Below, in pieces: positions 10,676 to 22,981 of a stretch of DNA of 64,000 bases. This DNA comes from Rebecca billardiae RCC1528. Lineage: Eukaryota; Protista; Haptophyta. The DNA lies in assembly GCA_965240325.2 (NCBI GenBank), contig OZ251238.1, positions 1,116,001 to 1,180,000 on the forward strand. The letters run 5' to 3'. Made by a program: the position numbers and the translations under genes. The notes beneath the pieces were generated by a model that was not told where the DNA came from, did no database searches, and saw only the letters and a program-made list of their open reading frames with translations. Every line of letters begins with the position of its first letter. Positions within the stretch are counted from its first letter, which is position 1.

Positions 10676-11825
10676 GTTCGCAGGCCGACCGCGCGTCTCG
10701 ACCGGCGCAGCGGCCCAGTAGTCCGCGTGGAGATTCCCGACTCATCGGCAAATTAGGACGTTTATTTTGCTACGCTGAGATTCGTCACGAGATTCCCAGA
10801 GCGGTTTTCTAACTGGGCCACTTTGCTAGATGAGGCGAGCACTGAATAGGCGGGGTGGGTATAGTTCGTTCGCGCCCGCCCGCGGCGCTAATAATATAGG
10901 CCAGGGTGCGCGCGGACTCGATCCCTGCCGGTTCACCTTCTAAAAGTCATGTTCCGAGGTCAGTAAAAGTGTTTCTGGCGATAGTGCCAAATGTTCTGGC
11001 GTGGTACTATCATAGTACGAGTAATGTTGTTTAAGCTGATCAATCGACGGCTGACGCCGTCGAGGGCACCGCGCGAGATGTGCACTGCACAGCGCCTTCG
11101 GCGCTTTGAGCTTGTTGTTCCGGCCGGGGCAATGGCACAATGGCTTCCGCCGGGTGAACCGGGAGGAGAAGGGCTAGTTGCTATGCGGCAAAAGGCGATG
11201 ACACGGACGCGCGCCGTGGGTGCAGAGCGCTGGGCACTTGTGCTTGCGGCCGGCTTACACTGCTCACAGCAGCTCATCTGCGCCTCTCGCTGAGTGATTG
11301 ATGGCTGTGCATCGTGCTCCTTGATGCACGCTCCGAGCCGTTGGCGTGCATGCGCCGCGCAAGGCATCCTTTCAGATGAGCCGATACAGCACAGCCGCCG
11401 CAAGAGGTATGGCGCCACATCTGTCCGCTTGTATATGCACGCTCAACCGATGTCCGCCGCTGCGCCCGCGCCCCCGGGCGGTGGCGCGCAACTCCGGGCC
11501 GGTGATGTGAATGCAGCCGCATGCTGCCACCCGATACTGATCGGAGCATCCGCCGCCAGGGCAGGATGCTGCCCAGAAGTACAGCGGCGTGGACGTCGTG
11601 CTATCTGACGACGACTCATGATCGCAGCCCTCTGACGACGTCGACCTCGCACGGCCCTTCGCGCGGCTCGCACCCTCACGAGCCGAGATCGTTGTCCACC
11701 GCGGCGGGCTCGGCCGGACGTGACACTTTACCGCCGCCACTTGGATATAAAGCTGATCAGCGCACCAATTCGGCAATTCCCCGATTCGTGCGCGCTCGCC
11801 GCGCGGCCGCTCGCTCGCCGGCACG

Positions 11826-14800
11826 ATGGCCTGGAAGGCGACGGAGGCGGACAAGCTGCCCTCGATCGGCTCGGGCATGCTCAGCGTGCTGCGGCCGGCG
11901 CAGCGCAGCTGGGCGGATGCGGCGCCCCGCTCGTACGAGCGCCATGCCGACGAGGACGGCCCGCGCGCCTCCGTGTGCTCGTGGCCGCTCAATGCGCTGC
12001 GTAAGGTGGGGAGCGTGGCAGATTCGATCTGGATGAACCGGCACTTCCAGCGCAGCCAGACGGCGGCGACGCTCGTCTCGGCGGGGCTCTACGTCGCGGA
12101 GACGTACTACTCCCCAGCCTCCGACCTGCCCCGAGCCGTCGTCGCCCTCGACGTCTTCATCTCGCTCGTCTTTCTCGTTGACTTTGTGCTCGGCCTCTGG
12201 GCGATGCGCCGCCGGCCGTGCACGAACAACTTCACGCAGCGGCTCGCGCTGGACATCCTCGCAATCGCGCCGGGCGCGCTCGTGCTCTACCGCAACAACC
12301 TGCACCGCGTCCCCTTCATGCACGTGCTCAAGGTGCGCTGCGGCGACACGCGCGTTCACGCGCGCGCGCGTGCGCGCGGCGCAGCTGAGCGTCTCGCCGA
12401 CGGCGCGCGTGCGCGCGCGCGCACCCGGCCGCGGGCGCGAAGGTGGCGCGTATCTTGCGGCTCATCCAACAGGCCGGCGCGCTCGACATGGACCACTTCG
12501 AGGACCGCACCAACCGGCCGCAGTACTCGCGCGCCGTGCGCAGGCGCGTCACGTTCTTTTTAGTTTCTCTCTTTATTCTGCTCTTCGTGAGCGCTTCGCT
12601 CGTGCTCACGCTCGAGCGCGGCGTGACGGTGGACACGGAGACGAGCGAGTGGCTGATCGAGGCGGAGATCCTCGACGACGCCACGGACGCCAAAGAGTAC
12701 TCGGCGTTCAACGGACACGTGTGCGCCCGGCGCCGAGCGCGGCCGCGGCGGGGCGCGGGCGGCGTGCCTAGCGCGCAAGCTGGAGAGAGAGAGAGCGAGA
12801 CAGGCAGTCCGGGTGTGCCGGTGCCGTGCGCTTGGGCGTGTGTGCCACAGAGCGCGAAGAGCTGCGCAGGCGATGGCGCCCGCCGCCCACTCCTCACGCG
12901 CACTGTGGGTGCGTGCCCTGCGCCGGCCCGCCGCGCGCGCGCCTCTGCACCCCACTGGCCGCGCTCGGCCTGCGCAGGTGTGGCAGTTTCACGAGGCGCT
13001 TTATTTTATCGTCGTGACGTACTCGACCGTGGGCTACGGTGCGTTCGCGCCCTCCGCGGCGGAGGCGAGGCTCGGCGGCGCGCGCGCGCCGTGCGCCGCG
13101 CCACGCGCGCTGCGGCGCGCACACGCGCGCCGCGGTGTGTTGCGCCGCGCCGTGCCGCAGGGCTGACACGCCGTGCGGCGCGGGCGCGCGCGCGGGCTCG
13201 CGCCGTGCCCTGGCCGCGCAGGCGACATCACGCCCAACTGCTCGTCTGCACAGATGCTGATGCTCACGCTGATCATCACCGCGTTCGTGATCGTCCCGTA
13301 TCAGGTGCGAGCGCTGCCGGCCTGCCGTGTGCGCGCGTGCTGCGCCCACGCGCGGCTGCGCGCGCGTGCGGATGCGCGTGTGCGCGCGCGCCGTACTGCG
13401 GCTATGCCGAGCGCGGATGCGCGTGCGCGTGCGCGTGCGCACACGCGCGGCCGTGCACCCCGCCGGCCATCGTGGCTCTCTGGTGGAGGCGCGCGCGCGC
13501 GCTGTCGGCCAGCTGGGGGCGACATCCCGCGCCGCGCGCCGCTGCGGCTTTCTGACCTAGCCTGCGTGCCTGTGCGCGCGCACTCGCCCGCGCGCCTGTG
13601 CCCGCGCGCCGGCTCGACCGCCCGCGCGCGCGCGACCGCCCGGCTCCCGCCTTCAGGTGAACAAGCTTGCGGACGCAGTCGGGCAGTACCAGCGCGCGTC
13701 GGAGTTCTCCGAGATCAAGCCGCCACCCGCCGAGTCTTCGCTCATCCTGATCTGTGGCTCTGGCTCGATCCGGGCGCTCCGCCTCCGGACTCTGCTGGAC
13801 GAGCTGTTCCACCCGGACCACATGCCTGAGAACTCAAACCTGATCGCGGTGGTGATGTCGCCCGCGGACCCGAACAGGGAGACGCGCGTGCTGCTGGACA
13901 GGTGTGCGCGGCGCGCGGCGGGCGCAGCGTGCACGAGCGCGAGTGCGCGCCACAAGGCCGCGGCACGCGCCATCGCGGCAACCGCCGTGTCGCGCGGGCC
14001 CCGTGCGCTCACGCCGCGCTCGCGCCGCTCCCGCCGGCCCGGCGCGGGCGCAGGTACGCCGGCCGCGTGCAGATGCTCGTGGGCTCGGCGCTCTCCGAGA
14101 CGGACCTGCTGCGCGCGCGCGCGCACGAGGCGGAGGCGGTGTTCATCCTGGTGGACACGAATGCGCATGATCAGTTCGCGCGCGACGAGGACTCAGCGGC
14201 CGTGCTGCGCGCGCTCACCGTGCGGCACGTCGCGCCGAGCGCGCACCTGTTCGTCCAGCTGCTCAGGCCGCACGACCAGGAGTGGCTGAGCGCGTCGCTC
14301 CCCTCCTCGATCTCGTCGATCGTGTGTGCGGAGCAGCTGACGATGTCGCTGCTCGCGCATAACTCGATCTGTCCCGGCGTGTCCACGCTCATCTCGAATC
14401 TGGCGTGGTCGCACTCGCCCGGACTCCGGCCGGAGGCGCCGGTGCCGCAGCATCTCGGGAAGGGCGGGCGGACGCCATGGTGGCGGGTGAGCTCGCACCA
14501 CCGCGCGGCGGACGCGCGCGCGCGCGCCGCCGCCGCCGCGGCGCGCCGCCGGCCGGATGCGGTCGCAGTGGAGGAGGATGCGGCCCGCGCGCGCCGGCGG
14601 AAGGCCAAAGGCGTCCCACAGACCTTCTCACTGGAAGACCTCTCGCGCATCGCCGTGGCGACGCACGACCTGCGCGGCGGCGCGGGCGAGTGCGCGGCGG
14701 GCGCCGCCGCCGCCGCCGCCGCGCAGCCCGGCGGGCGCTGGTCGGCGCAGGCGGCCGCGGCCGCGGCCGCGTCGAGCGCCGACGCGGCCGTGCAGAATGC

Positions 14801-17800
14801 AGCGCCCGGCGCGAGCGGCGGCTTGAACGGCGGCGCGGACGGCGGCGCGGGCGGCTCGGGCTCATTCCACGGCGGCGGCGCGAGCGGCGCGGCGCACGGC
14901 CGCGCGCACTCCGTGCCCGCGACGGTGCCGGACTCCGTGCTCTGGCAGGTCGAGTATTCGTACGGCGCGTCACACGAGCTGTATGCTGTCACGCTCGCGC
15001 CGTCCTTCCCGCCGATGTCGTTCCGAGAGGCGGCGCACCTGATCTACGCGCGGTTCGGCCACGTGCTCGTGGCGCTGGACGACCTGGGCTCGGCCGCGCC
15101 GGCGCCGGCGGTGACGCAGCCGCTCGGCGGGGCCGACGCGCCGCCGCCGCCGCCGGCAGACGGCGCGCTTGGCGCGGAGCCGTGGGGAGCGCCGCCGGCG
15201 CGCGGCGCGGCGTGCGCGGACTCAGCGGCCGCGGTGCCCGCCGATGGCTCGCAGTACCCGCTGGCCTCGCGCCGCCCTGCGAGCGTGATGGTGCTCGACG
15301 GCTGCGCGCCGCCGCTCGCCGTGACTGTCGTCTCGGAGGGCGACGAGCCCGATGCCAGCCCACCCAGGCCGCTGCCCGCGACGGCGCGCGCCGCACCGCC
15401 CTCGCCGCCGCCGACGCCAAGCAGCGCCGACGTCGCCACCTCGCTCGGCGCGGCTGTCGCCTCCTCCGTGGACATGTCCATCTGGTCGGAGGCGCCGCCG
15501 CCGCCCCCGGGCGCGCCCGCGGCAGCGGGTGCCGACGGCGGCGCCGTTGGCGGCGGCGGCGCGGGCGCCGCCCCGGGCGCGGCGCCCGCGACTGCCGCGG
15601 CGGCGGCTGCCGCTGGCATCGGCCTACCTGTCGATCCCGAGATTGTCGATCCCGAGATCGCGCTGGAGATGGCGGAGATGGCGGACACGGTCGATGTGCC
15701 CGGCGCGGTTGCGCATGGCGTCGAGCCCGCCGCGGTGAACGTCACGGTCGTCGGCAGCCGCGGCGGTGGCGGCGGCGTTGCGGCGGAGATGGTGGTGACC
15801 GCCGCCGCCGAGTGCCGTCTGACGACCGGCGCGGCGGCAGCGGCGCCGCCGGCACTGCGCGCGCGCGGCAGCTGCGGCAGCTACGGCAGCAGCACGACGG
15901 GGTCGGCGCGGCGCGTCTCGCTGCCGGCCATCCCGAGCTCTGACACGCTGCCGCTGAGCGCGCCACTCGGCAGAGCCAGCCTCGGCGGCAGCGGCGGCTT
16001 GGCCGAGGAGGGCGCGGCCGGCCGAGACGCGTCGCCCGCAGCCGGCGCCGGCGCGGGTCGGCAGCTGTCAAAGTCTTCGTCGCCGCTGCCGCCGCCGCGC
16101 CTCTGCGCGGGCGGCAGCGGGCGGCACAGCTGCGCCGGCTGCAGCGCCGGCGCGCGCTCGCCGAGCGCGTGCGCGCGCCGCCGCCCGTCCGAGCCCTCGC
16201 TCAACGCCGCCGTCGCCGCGGCCGTGTTTTGCGCGAAGCTCTCGACCGCGGCGGCGGGCTCGGCGGCGGGCGGCGGCGCCGGCGGTCCGCCCAGCCTCAG
16301 GCGCGCATGCTCGGGCAGCCGGCGCATGCGGCGGGAGAAGTCCTTCTCCTCCGTCGCGCTCCCGCCGACGCAGGTGCGCGGTGCGATGCTGGTCTACGTC
16401 GTCGCCATGTCCGAATGGCGCGCCGATGAGCTGGAGGAATGGGTGCCAACGGGAGGCGAGGTGATGGCGACGCGCACGCGGCTCGCCGAGCGCGAGCAAG
16501 AGGCGGCGGCGCGCGCGGAAGCGGCCGCGCGCGCGGAGGAGGCGGCGCGCGCCGAGGCGGCCGCGCGCGCCGCGGAGCAGCTCGCTGCCGAGCACGCGGC
16601 CGAGGCGGCGGCCGCTTGGGCGGGCTCCGCGCCGGGCGGCCAGGCGCCGCCCTCTGCACTCGGCGACGGCGACGGCGGTGGCCTGAGCGGTGCCGTGGCT
16701 TCGCTCCCGCTGACTGCCGAGGTGTTGAGGGCTCGCGAGCACTTGGACGGCGGCGGCCATCGATCGGCGCACCACCACCACCACCACCATCATGGCAGCG
16801 GCGGCGGGCACGGCGCGCACGGCGCGCACGGCGGTGCCGGGCACGGCGGCGGCGCGCACCATCACCACCACCACCACGGCACGCACCAATCGCACGCGCA
16901 CGGCGGCGCCGGCGCCGGCGGCGCGACGCGCGCGCTGGGGGCTCTGCTGGACATGGCCGCGGCCGACGCGGCGCGCGCGGCGCAGCAGCCGCACGCCGGC
17001 GCGGAGGGGGACTCCGGGCGGTGCGGCGCGCTGAGTGTCCACTCCGCTAGCAGCGTTGAGCAGCACTCGGCGCAGCAGCCGCCACCGAGCATCATCTCCG
17101 AGCTGATCTCAGAGGGGACCTGGGGAGCCTTCACGCCCTCAGGCCCGGGCTCCGTGGCGCCGAGCGCGCAGGGGACGGAGGGCGGCGACACTGAGGTGGA
17201 CCCGCACCGCGCGCCCGCGCCCTCGTCCGTGCGCACCGCGCCGTCTGTCGGGCCGAGGCCCGCCGCCGCGGAGGCCGCGGCCTGGTCCGAGCTATCTGAG
17301 GCGGCGGCGGCGGCGCAGCGCTCGCTGGTTCAGGCGGCCGAGGCGGCGCGCCAGCTTCTTGCTCTCGACGCCGTCGACGCCGAGCACGCCGCTGAGGTGC
17401 TGGACGGGCTCTCGCCGTCGCTTGGCGTGCTGTGCGCCGCGGCGGACGACGGCGCGGGCGCGCGCGCCGCCGGCCGCGCGCTGCCGCCGCCGCTGCCCGT
17501 CACCGAGCCGTCGGCATGGGAGGCGATGACAGACGCCGTCGCGTCGTTGCGCGCCGACGCGCAGACGGCGATGGCGCACCGCAAGCTGCCCGCCGGCGCC
17601 GACGGGCCGGCCGCCGCGCCGAGCTCGCTGCCAGCCGCGAAGCAGCACGTCGTCGTGTGCGGCGCGTTGTCGGCCCTCGGCCCGCTGATGCGGGCTTACC
17701 GCTCGCTCCCGGGAAGCTACCAGTTGGTCTTCTTACACCACGACCGCCGCGCGTTTGCCGAATACGTGAAGCGACTGCCTATTGAGCTACGCACTCGCCC

Positions 17801-19101
17801 GCCCCGCTTCATCGAGGGGCGGCCGAGCTGCTACGCCGATCTCGTGCGGGCGGGCGCGCTGAGCGCCGCCGCGACAGTGTTCCTCGCCGGCCGGCGCCGC
17901 GCGCACCCGCACGCTGAGCCGAGTAGCTACGGCCCCGTGGGTGTCTCGATGGCGGGTCGCGCGTCCGCGTCGGCGGTGCTTTGGGACGAGCGGCTCTTCG
18001 ACGCGTCGGCCGTGACGGCGGGCCGCGCGCTGCACCTGCTGCCGACGCACTGGGTGGTGCGCGCGCGCGCGCGGGTGTGGCCACGCCGAGCGCGGCTCGA
18101 CCGCCGCGGCTGCCCTGCCGCTGGCGCCCACGCCGCCACCGCCGCCGCCGCTCACTCGCTCTCTCTCACTCGCGCGCGCGGCGCGCCGCGCGACGGGGTC
18201 GCAGGTAGAGCTCACCTCCGAGTTCTCGACGCGGCTTCTCAAGACCGCCGCGGCGACGGCGGTCGCGGCGACGAGCGCGCCGCTCGCCGACCCGACCATG
18301 CCCGATCCGCACGGCGCGCACGCGCGCTTCGCCCGGCGGCGGCGCGGCTCGGGCGACGTTTGGGCGGACGCGGAGGGGTTCGGGGAGCACGCGGACGCGG
18401 CGGGCGGCTCGGCGCACGGCGGCCACCACCGCCCGCCGCACAGCCCCAACGCTCCGGCGCGCGTGCCACACCCCACCGCGGGCCAGGCCCACCACGGCGC
18501 GCGCGCGCAGCCCCACTGGTGGCCACTGTTCGCTGCAGGACGCGTCTACTACTCGTCCGTGCTCGACAGCCTGCTCGCGCAGGCCTTTTTCAACCCGGGG
18601 ATGCTCCGCCTGCTCAACCAGATGCTCAAGCCCACCCCCGCCGCCGCCGGCGCGAGCAGCGGCTCGGAGGGCGTCGTCCGCGGGCACATCGTGCAGCTGC
18701 CGATACCGGCCGGGTACTCCGGGTCCGCTTACGGCGAGCTATTCGAGGCCATGCTCGCGGAGGGCAGGGTGTGCCTGGGGCTGTACCGCGAGGCGGGGCA
18801 CCAGGGCTGCCCTCTGCCGTACGTCTACACCAACCCGACGCCCGAGTCCGTCGTCAACGCCGGCGACCGCATCTTCGCCCTCGATGCCAACTTTGCCGTC
18901 GGCGTGGCCAACGTGGCCGGGCCGGCGCCGGGCCGCATCGCCGCAGGGCTGCCGGGTGTGCCAGCGCACGCGCCGCCGCCCGGCGCGTGCGGAGGCGCAG
19001 CCGGCGGCGCGGCGGCGCAGCCGCTGGCAGGGAGCAGCTGGCCGGGTGGTGGGGCGCCGCGATACTGCGCGTCCCACCCGGCTCACCAGCCGCTCCTGTA
19101 G
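11826..19101 (+). CDS. BK/Slo-type (RCK-domain) potassium channel, about 2000 aa; exons 11826-12332, 12443-12718, 12978-13038, 13222-13304, 13657-13901, 14054-18056, 18205-19101
   Basis: Spliced S4 HVLKVARILRLI; pore ALYFIVVTYSTVGYG/DITP; RCK1 (GSALSETDLLRA, LLAHNSICPGVSTLISNL); RCK2 (HVVVCG, PLFAAGRVY, CLGLYR, YVYTNP). Confidence 0.9.
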
Positions 19102-21032
19102 GCACGCGCAGGACTCTGGCCCGCGTGCCGCGTGGCCCGCGTACCCTGACCGAGACAGCAGGCGCAGCCCTGTTACACGGCATCAAGTCCATCAATGATC
19201 AAGCCGTATAGTAACCGTAGGTCAGTATTAGTTGAGCACTTACATCAAGGCCAAAGCAGCCTGCGCCACATTACACTTAACTCACTAGCTACAGGCAATC
19301 GCGGGCAATAAGAAGTCAGAGATCTCACGACGGCTAGCCTCGGTTTCTTAGCCGTTCGGTAGCCCGAGCGCCTACGGAGTCTCAGTTTGAGCAGACAACT
19401 ATATATATATATATAGTGGTAATAACGGGGCCGCATCCGCGGCGGAGACGCCACGAGCACGCGGACACCAGACGGCGCCGCTGGCGGGCTGGCTCAGGCT
19501 GAGCCCCAGTGAACTGTGCTGACTCGTCGGAGACCGACGGTGGGACTGAGACTCAGAGATCGATCTGTCAAAAACTCTGTTCGCCGCCTGGCTCAGGCGA
19601 AGATCGGGGGCGGCGGGGCGGGCCGGGGACATCCCGCAGCGCGCCACGCTCGCCAGTAAGAGGTGGACGTCGTCGGGAGTGAGCGCGCCGCCGGTGCGGG
19701 CAGCTGACTGAATCGCAGACACTTGCGTGACGCGTCCATCGGGTCGGGGGCAGACACGGGGAGCGGCGGGCGCGGGGCAGGTTCGCGCCGGCGTGCGCGA
19801 GCGAGTGGGAGTCCATCGCCCGGGAGGCACGCCGGTCGTTATCCCCGGCCGCACGCAGGCGCCATCCCCGCACTGCCGCCCCACACGGCGGAGCAGGCTG
19901 CTAGTAGTTCGATGCCGCCGCCGCATTGGCTGGCAAACGCGCCGTACCCGGCCCAGTAGGCCTCGAGCTTCTCGCTCTCGAGTGGGGGGTCCCAGCAGAC
20001 GGTATTGGTGTCCATACCATGGGCCGACTCGTCGTCGACGGCGGCCAGACCAGCCTGCGGCTGCAGCACAGGCGAGCACAGCTGCGTCGGCGGCGTGTGG
20101 TAGCCCGATTTCCGAGGTGCGAGGGTGCGCTGGCGCTTTGTGCCGAGCTCGGGGCTCGGCTCGGCGGTGTCCTCAGACGTGTTTGATGAGCTCACGTTGT
20201 CATCCGCGACCGCTCCGGGTCGCATGTCGCGTACGGCCGGCATCTCGCGGCGACGAAGGGCTTAGCGGCGTCCAGGGACGAGCGCGACGTCGATGCGTCG
20301 CAATGCAAGGCACGCCCTCAGCAAAGGTTGGGGTGCCGCAATGTTCAGTGTGTGGAGGGTACTGCCGATTGGCGTTGGCAGAGTTTGGGTGTGTGCTTGA
20401 CGCCGCAATCGGCGGACGCAAAGTGGGTATATGTCTGAGCGACCTCTTTTAGACACGTCAACTCATCAACGCATCGCACCGTGATTTCCTAAAAAGTTTC
20501 ATCGATGACCAACGAATCGCAGCCTGACCTACCCAACTGTGAGTTTCAGCCCGTCTCGCTTTCAGGGTGTCCAGGGACAGCGGTATGCTCAGAATCCCAA
20601 CCACTTCAGGGCCAAATTGTCCTAGGACTTCTTGTCTGAGTACCACCCCGCTCAACAAGTCAGTGATGTGGAGATCCCCAGCACCACTCTCAGGCCGTCA
20701 GAGTACCGTGGTGTGTCCTTGATTTGTGGTTGAAGCAGTACTCAGAATCCCAACAGTCCGCGCTTATGATACTTAAAAGGCGGTTCCTCGCGCTCATCAA
20801 CCGCTCACCAACTTGAGTACCTGACGTGATTCACTCGATGAATATTCGTCGCCATTGATCTGCAAATGCAGGCACGATGATTAATAAGCAAAAAGTGGCG
20901 CCGGCGGGGTAATTCCACGTTTGGGAAGAGCTTGAACCGGGCGCGCGGTTACCGACTGACGGAAATTAGCAGTGGCAAAATGATGAGTGAAAATGATTTG
21001 AAGGCCGTCAAGTGTCAGAATGATACAGTTTA

Positions 21033-21658
21033 TTACCGATTTCAGGCACCCGTGGAAGTCAATCACGATTCACTTTGACCCTCTTCGATCGTGCCGATTA
21101 GATCGATCGAGATCGATCGTGTTTGTGGATCACGAGTTCGATCGCGAATCGATCTGCCGATCCGAACCCGATCACAACTCACGTTCAATCGACATCGATC
21201 GGCAAAGCGGGTGCGTTCGATCGTGATCGATCATCTACTCCGATTCACAAACGATCGTGATCGATCGCAATCGATCACGAAGAAGCAAATCGATGGCTCG
21301 CCTTTTGTGATGACTGATACCAGCTAAATCGGTCGCAATTTTGTAAGTGATACATAGGCGTCATGATGAGGTATCGATCGATTCGTTGAATGTGTTTCGT
21401 AAATCGATCGTTTCGATCTCAAACGCGATCGATCCCAATCAATCGAGGTTCGCCGATCGATCGAGATCAAATCAGAATCACGAGCTGTTCAACTCAGTTC
21501 GGATCGAGATTGGATCGGCGAACTGATCTGGCCAATCACAATCGATCACAACCCACCCACTTCGATCGCGATCGATTCGGATGAAGGACCAAAGCAGAAC
21601 TGATCCGACTTGATTCTGACTTCGACGATTGACTTCCACGGGTGCCTGAAATCGGTAA
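21033..21658. mobile_element. 626-bp non-autonomous DNA transposon (MITE) with perfect 32-bp TIRs and TA target-site duplication
   Basis: TTACCGATTTCAGGCACCCGTGGAAGTCAATC at 21033-21064 is the exact reverse complement of 21627-21658; TA on both sides; no credible ORF inside. Confidence 0.9.
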
Positions 21659-21960
21659 TACTAAGAATAATAAGAGACGCACACAGCTCTGACTGGCAGG
21701 CGAGATACAGTTTACTAAGAACAAGCGGTCCTTGTTCCTTGTTCGCCGCATGATCGGCAATGCCAATGTAATATATGACGATGTAGTATGTTATGCCCAC
21801 TGCTACGCAGTCACCAGATCGGCGACGTCGTCGACAGTTGGGATACCTCCAAGTGGAGGCCCGAGTGGTTGCAGCCCACTGTGCCACCAGGGTACTTGCG
21901 GCTGCGACGTGTTTGCAGCACAAGAATAAGAGACGCACACAGCTCAGGCAGGCGAGATTG
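21659..21960 (-). mobile_element. Cluster of arms of the small palindromic MITE family
   Basis: TAAGAGACGCACACAGCTC...GGCAGGCGAGAT at 21661-21706 and 21922-21960, plus ACAGTTTACTAAGAA at about 21707-21721. Confidence 0.75.
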
Positions 21961-22981
21961 GGAAAAGAAATAAATCGACCCGCCTCCGGCGGACTCACCA
22001 CCATCCGGCTACCATCCCCGACGCCAGGCATGCTTCGCTTTAGCGTGCGCAATCGGCTCAGGCAGTCAGGCGACGATCTCAGGTCTCAGGAGTCAGGACA
22101 CTGGACAGCCGGAGACTCAGCGACGGTGCAGGCTGGAGCTAGCTAGTAGCTGACCCGCGGGCCGCATGACGGTCCACTCGGTCGGAGTGGCTATTATGAG
22201 TGGCTGCGGCGCTGCGACGCCAGCGCTTCCCGAACCGTTGCGGACCCTCGTCCATGCGCACCATGCGTTGCGCAGCGTGTTCTGGCGTTTGTTCGCGTCG
22301 GAGGAATGAAGTGCTGCGCCGTGCCGAGAATGCAAAGCCGCCAAAGCGTGGGCTGTCACGCGCAGTCCGAGGACCCCCGGTCTAGTCGTCGTCATTGTTT
22401 TCAGTGTGCCGTGCAACCGCTCACGACCAACCCATGCGCGCCCAAGTGCCGAGCCCGAGCCCGAGCCGCACGGCGCATGCGCGGGCACGCCGTCTCGGAT
22501 CGCGCCTTCGCGCGGCACACCGCGCTGTCGTCGAGCTGTCCTGCGAGGCCGGGCCGGCAGGCACGCGCATTCGCGATGGCAGGAGTGAAGCGCACGGCAC
22601 TGGAGCCAGCCACGCATTTGTGTGCGACGACCGCATCAGCCGACACCCCAAGGAGTGCCGCCGCTTGTCAACGCAAAATGCCAACGCGCGCGCGGCGCGT
22701 CGCTGCACGCTGGCGCCGAGCCCCCGGGCGCTCGGTCTTCGAAGCCGCACGCAGCCGAGCGCTCTTCTGAAACACCCACTGATATCGACCTCTCCAAGCT
22801 GCCTTTCGCTCCCACACCGGCACCGGTCGCTCCCTCGCCCTGCACGACAGCCCTTCTCATCACTGTTGTCATTGACCGAGTTGGGCGGGACGGTAGGTCA
22901 GACCGCCATCGTGCGGCGTCGCCGACCGAGGCGAGCGGTTGGCGCGCTCACCGACGTCGCCCGCGGGCGCACACGCGCGCC

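Noticed and set aside
10854-10937. tRNA-like stretch (GGTGGGTATAG...CTCGATCCCTGCCGGTTCACC)
   Set aside because: Only a weak T-arm resemblance; D and anticodon arms do not fold convincingly; tRNAscan-SE would decide
21020-21584. Short ORFs rich in D/R/S/I
   Set aside because: Artefacts of GATC repeats inside the MITE
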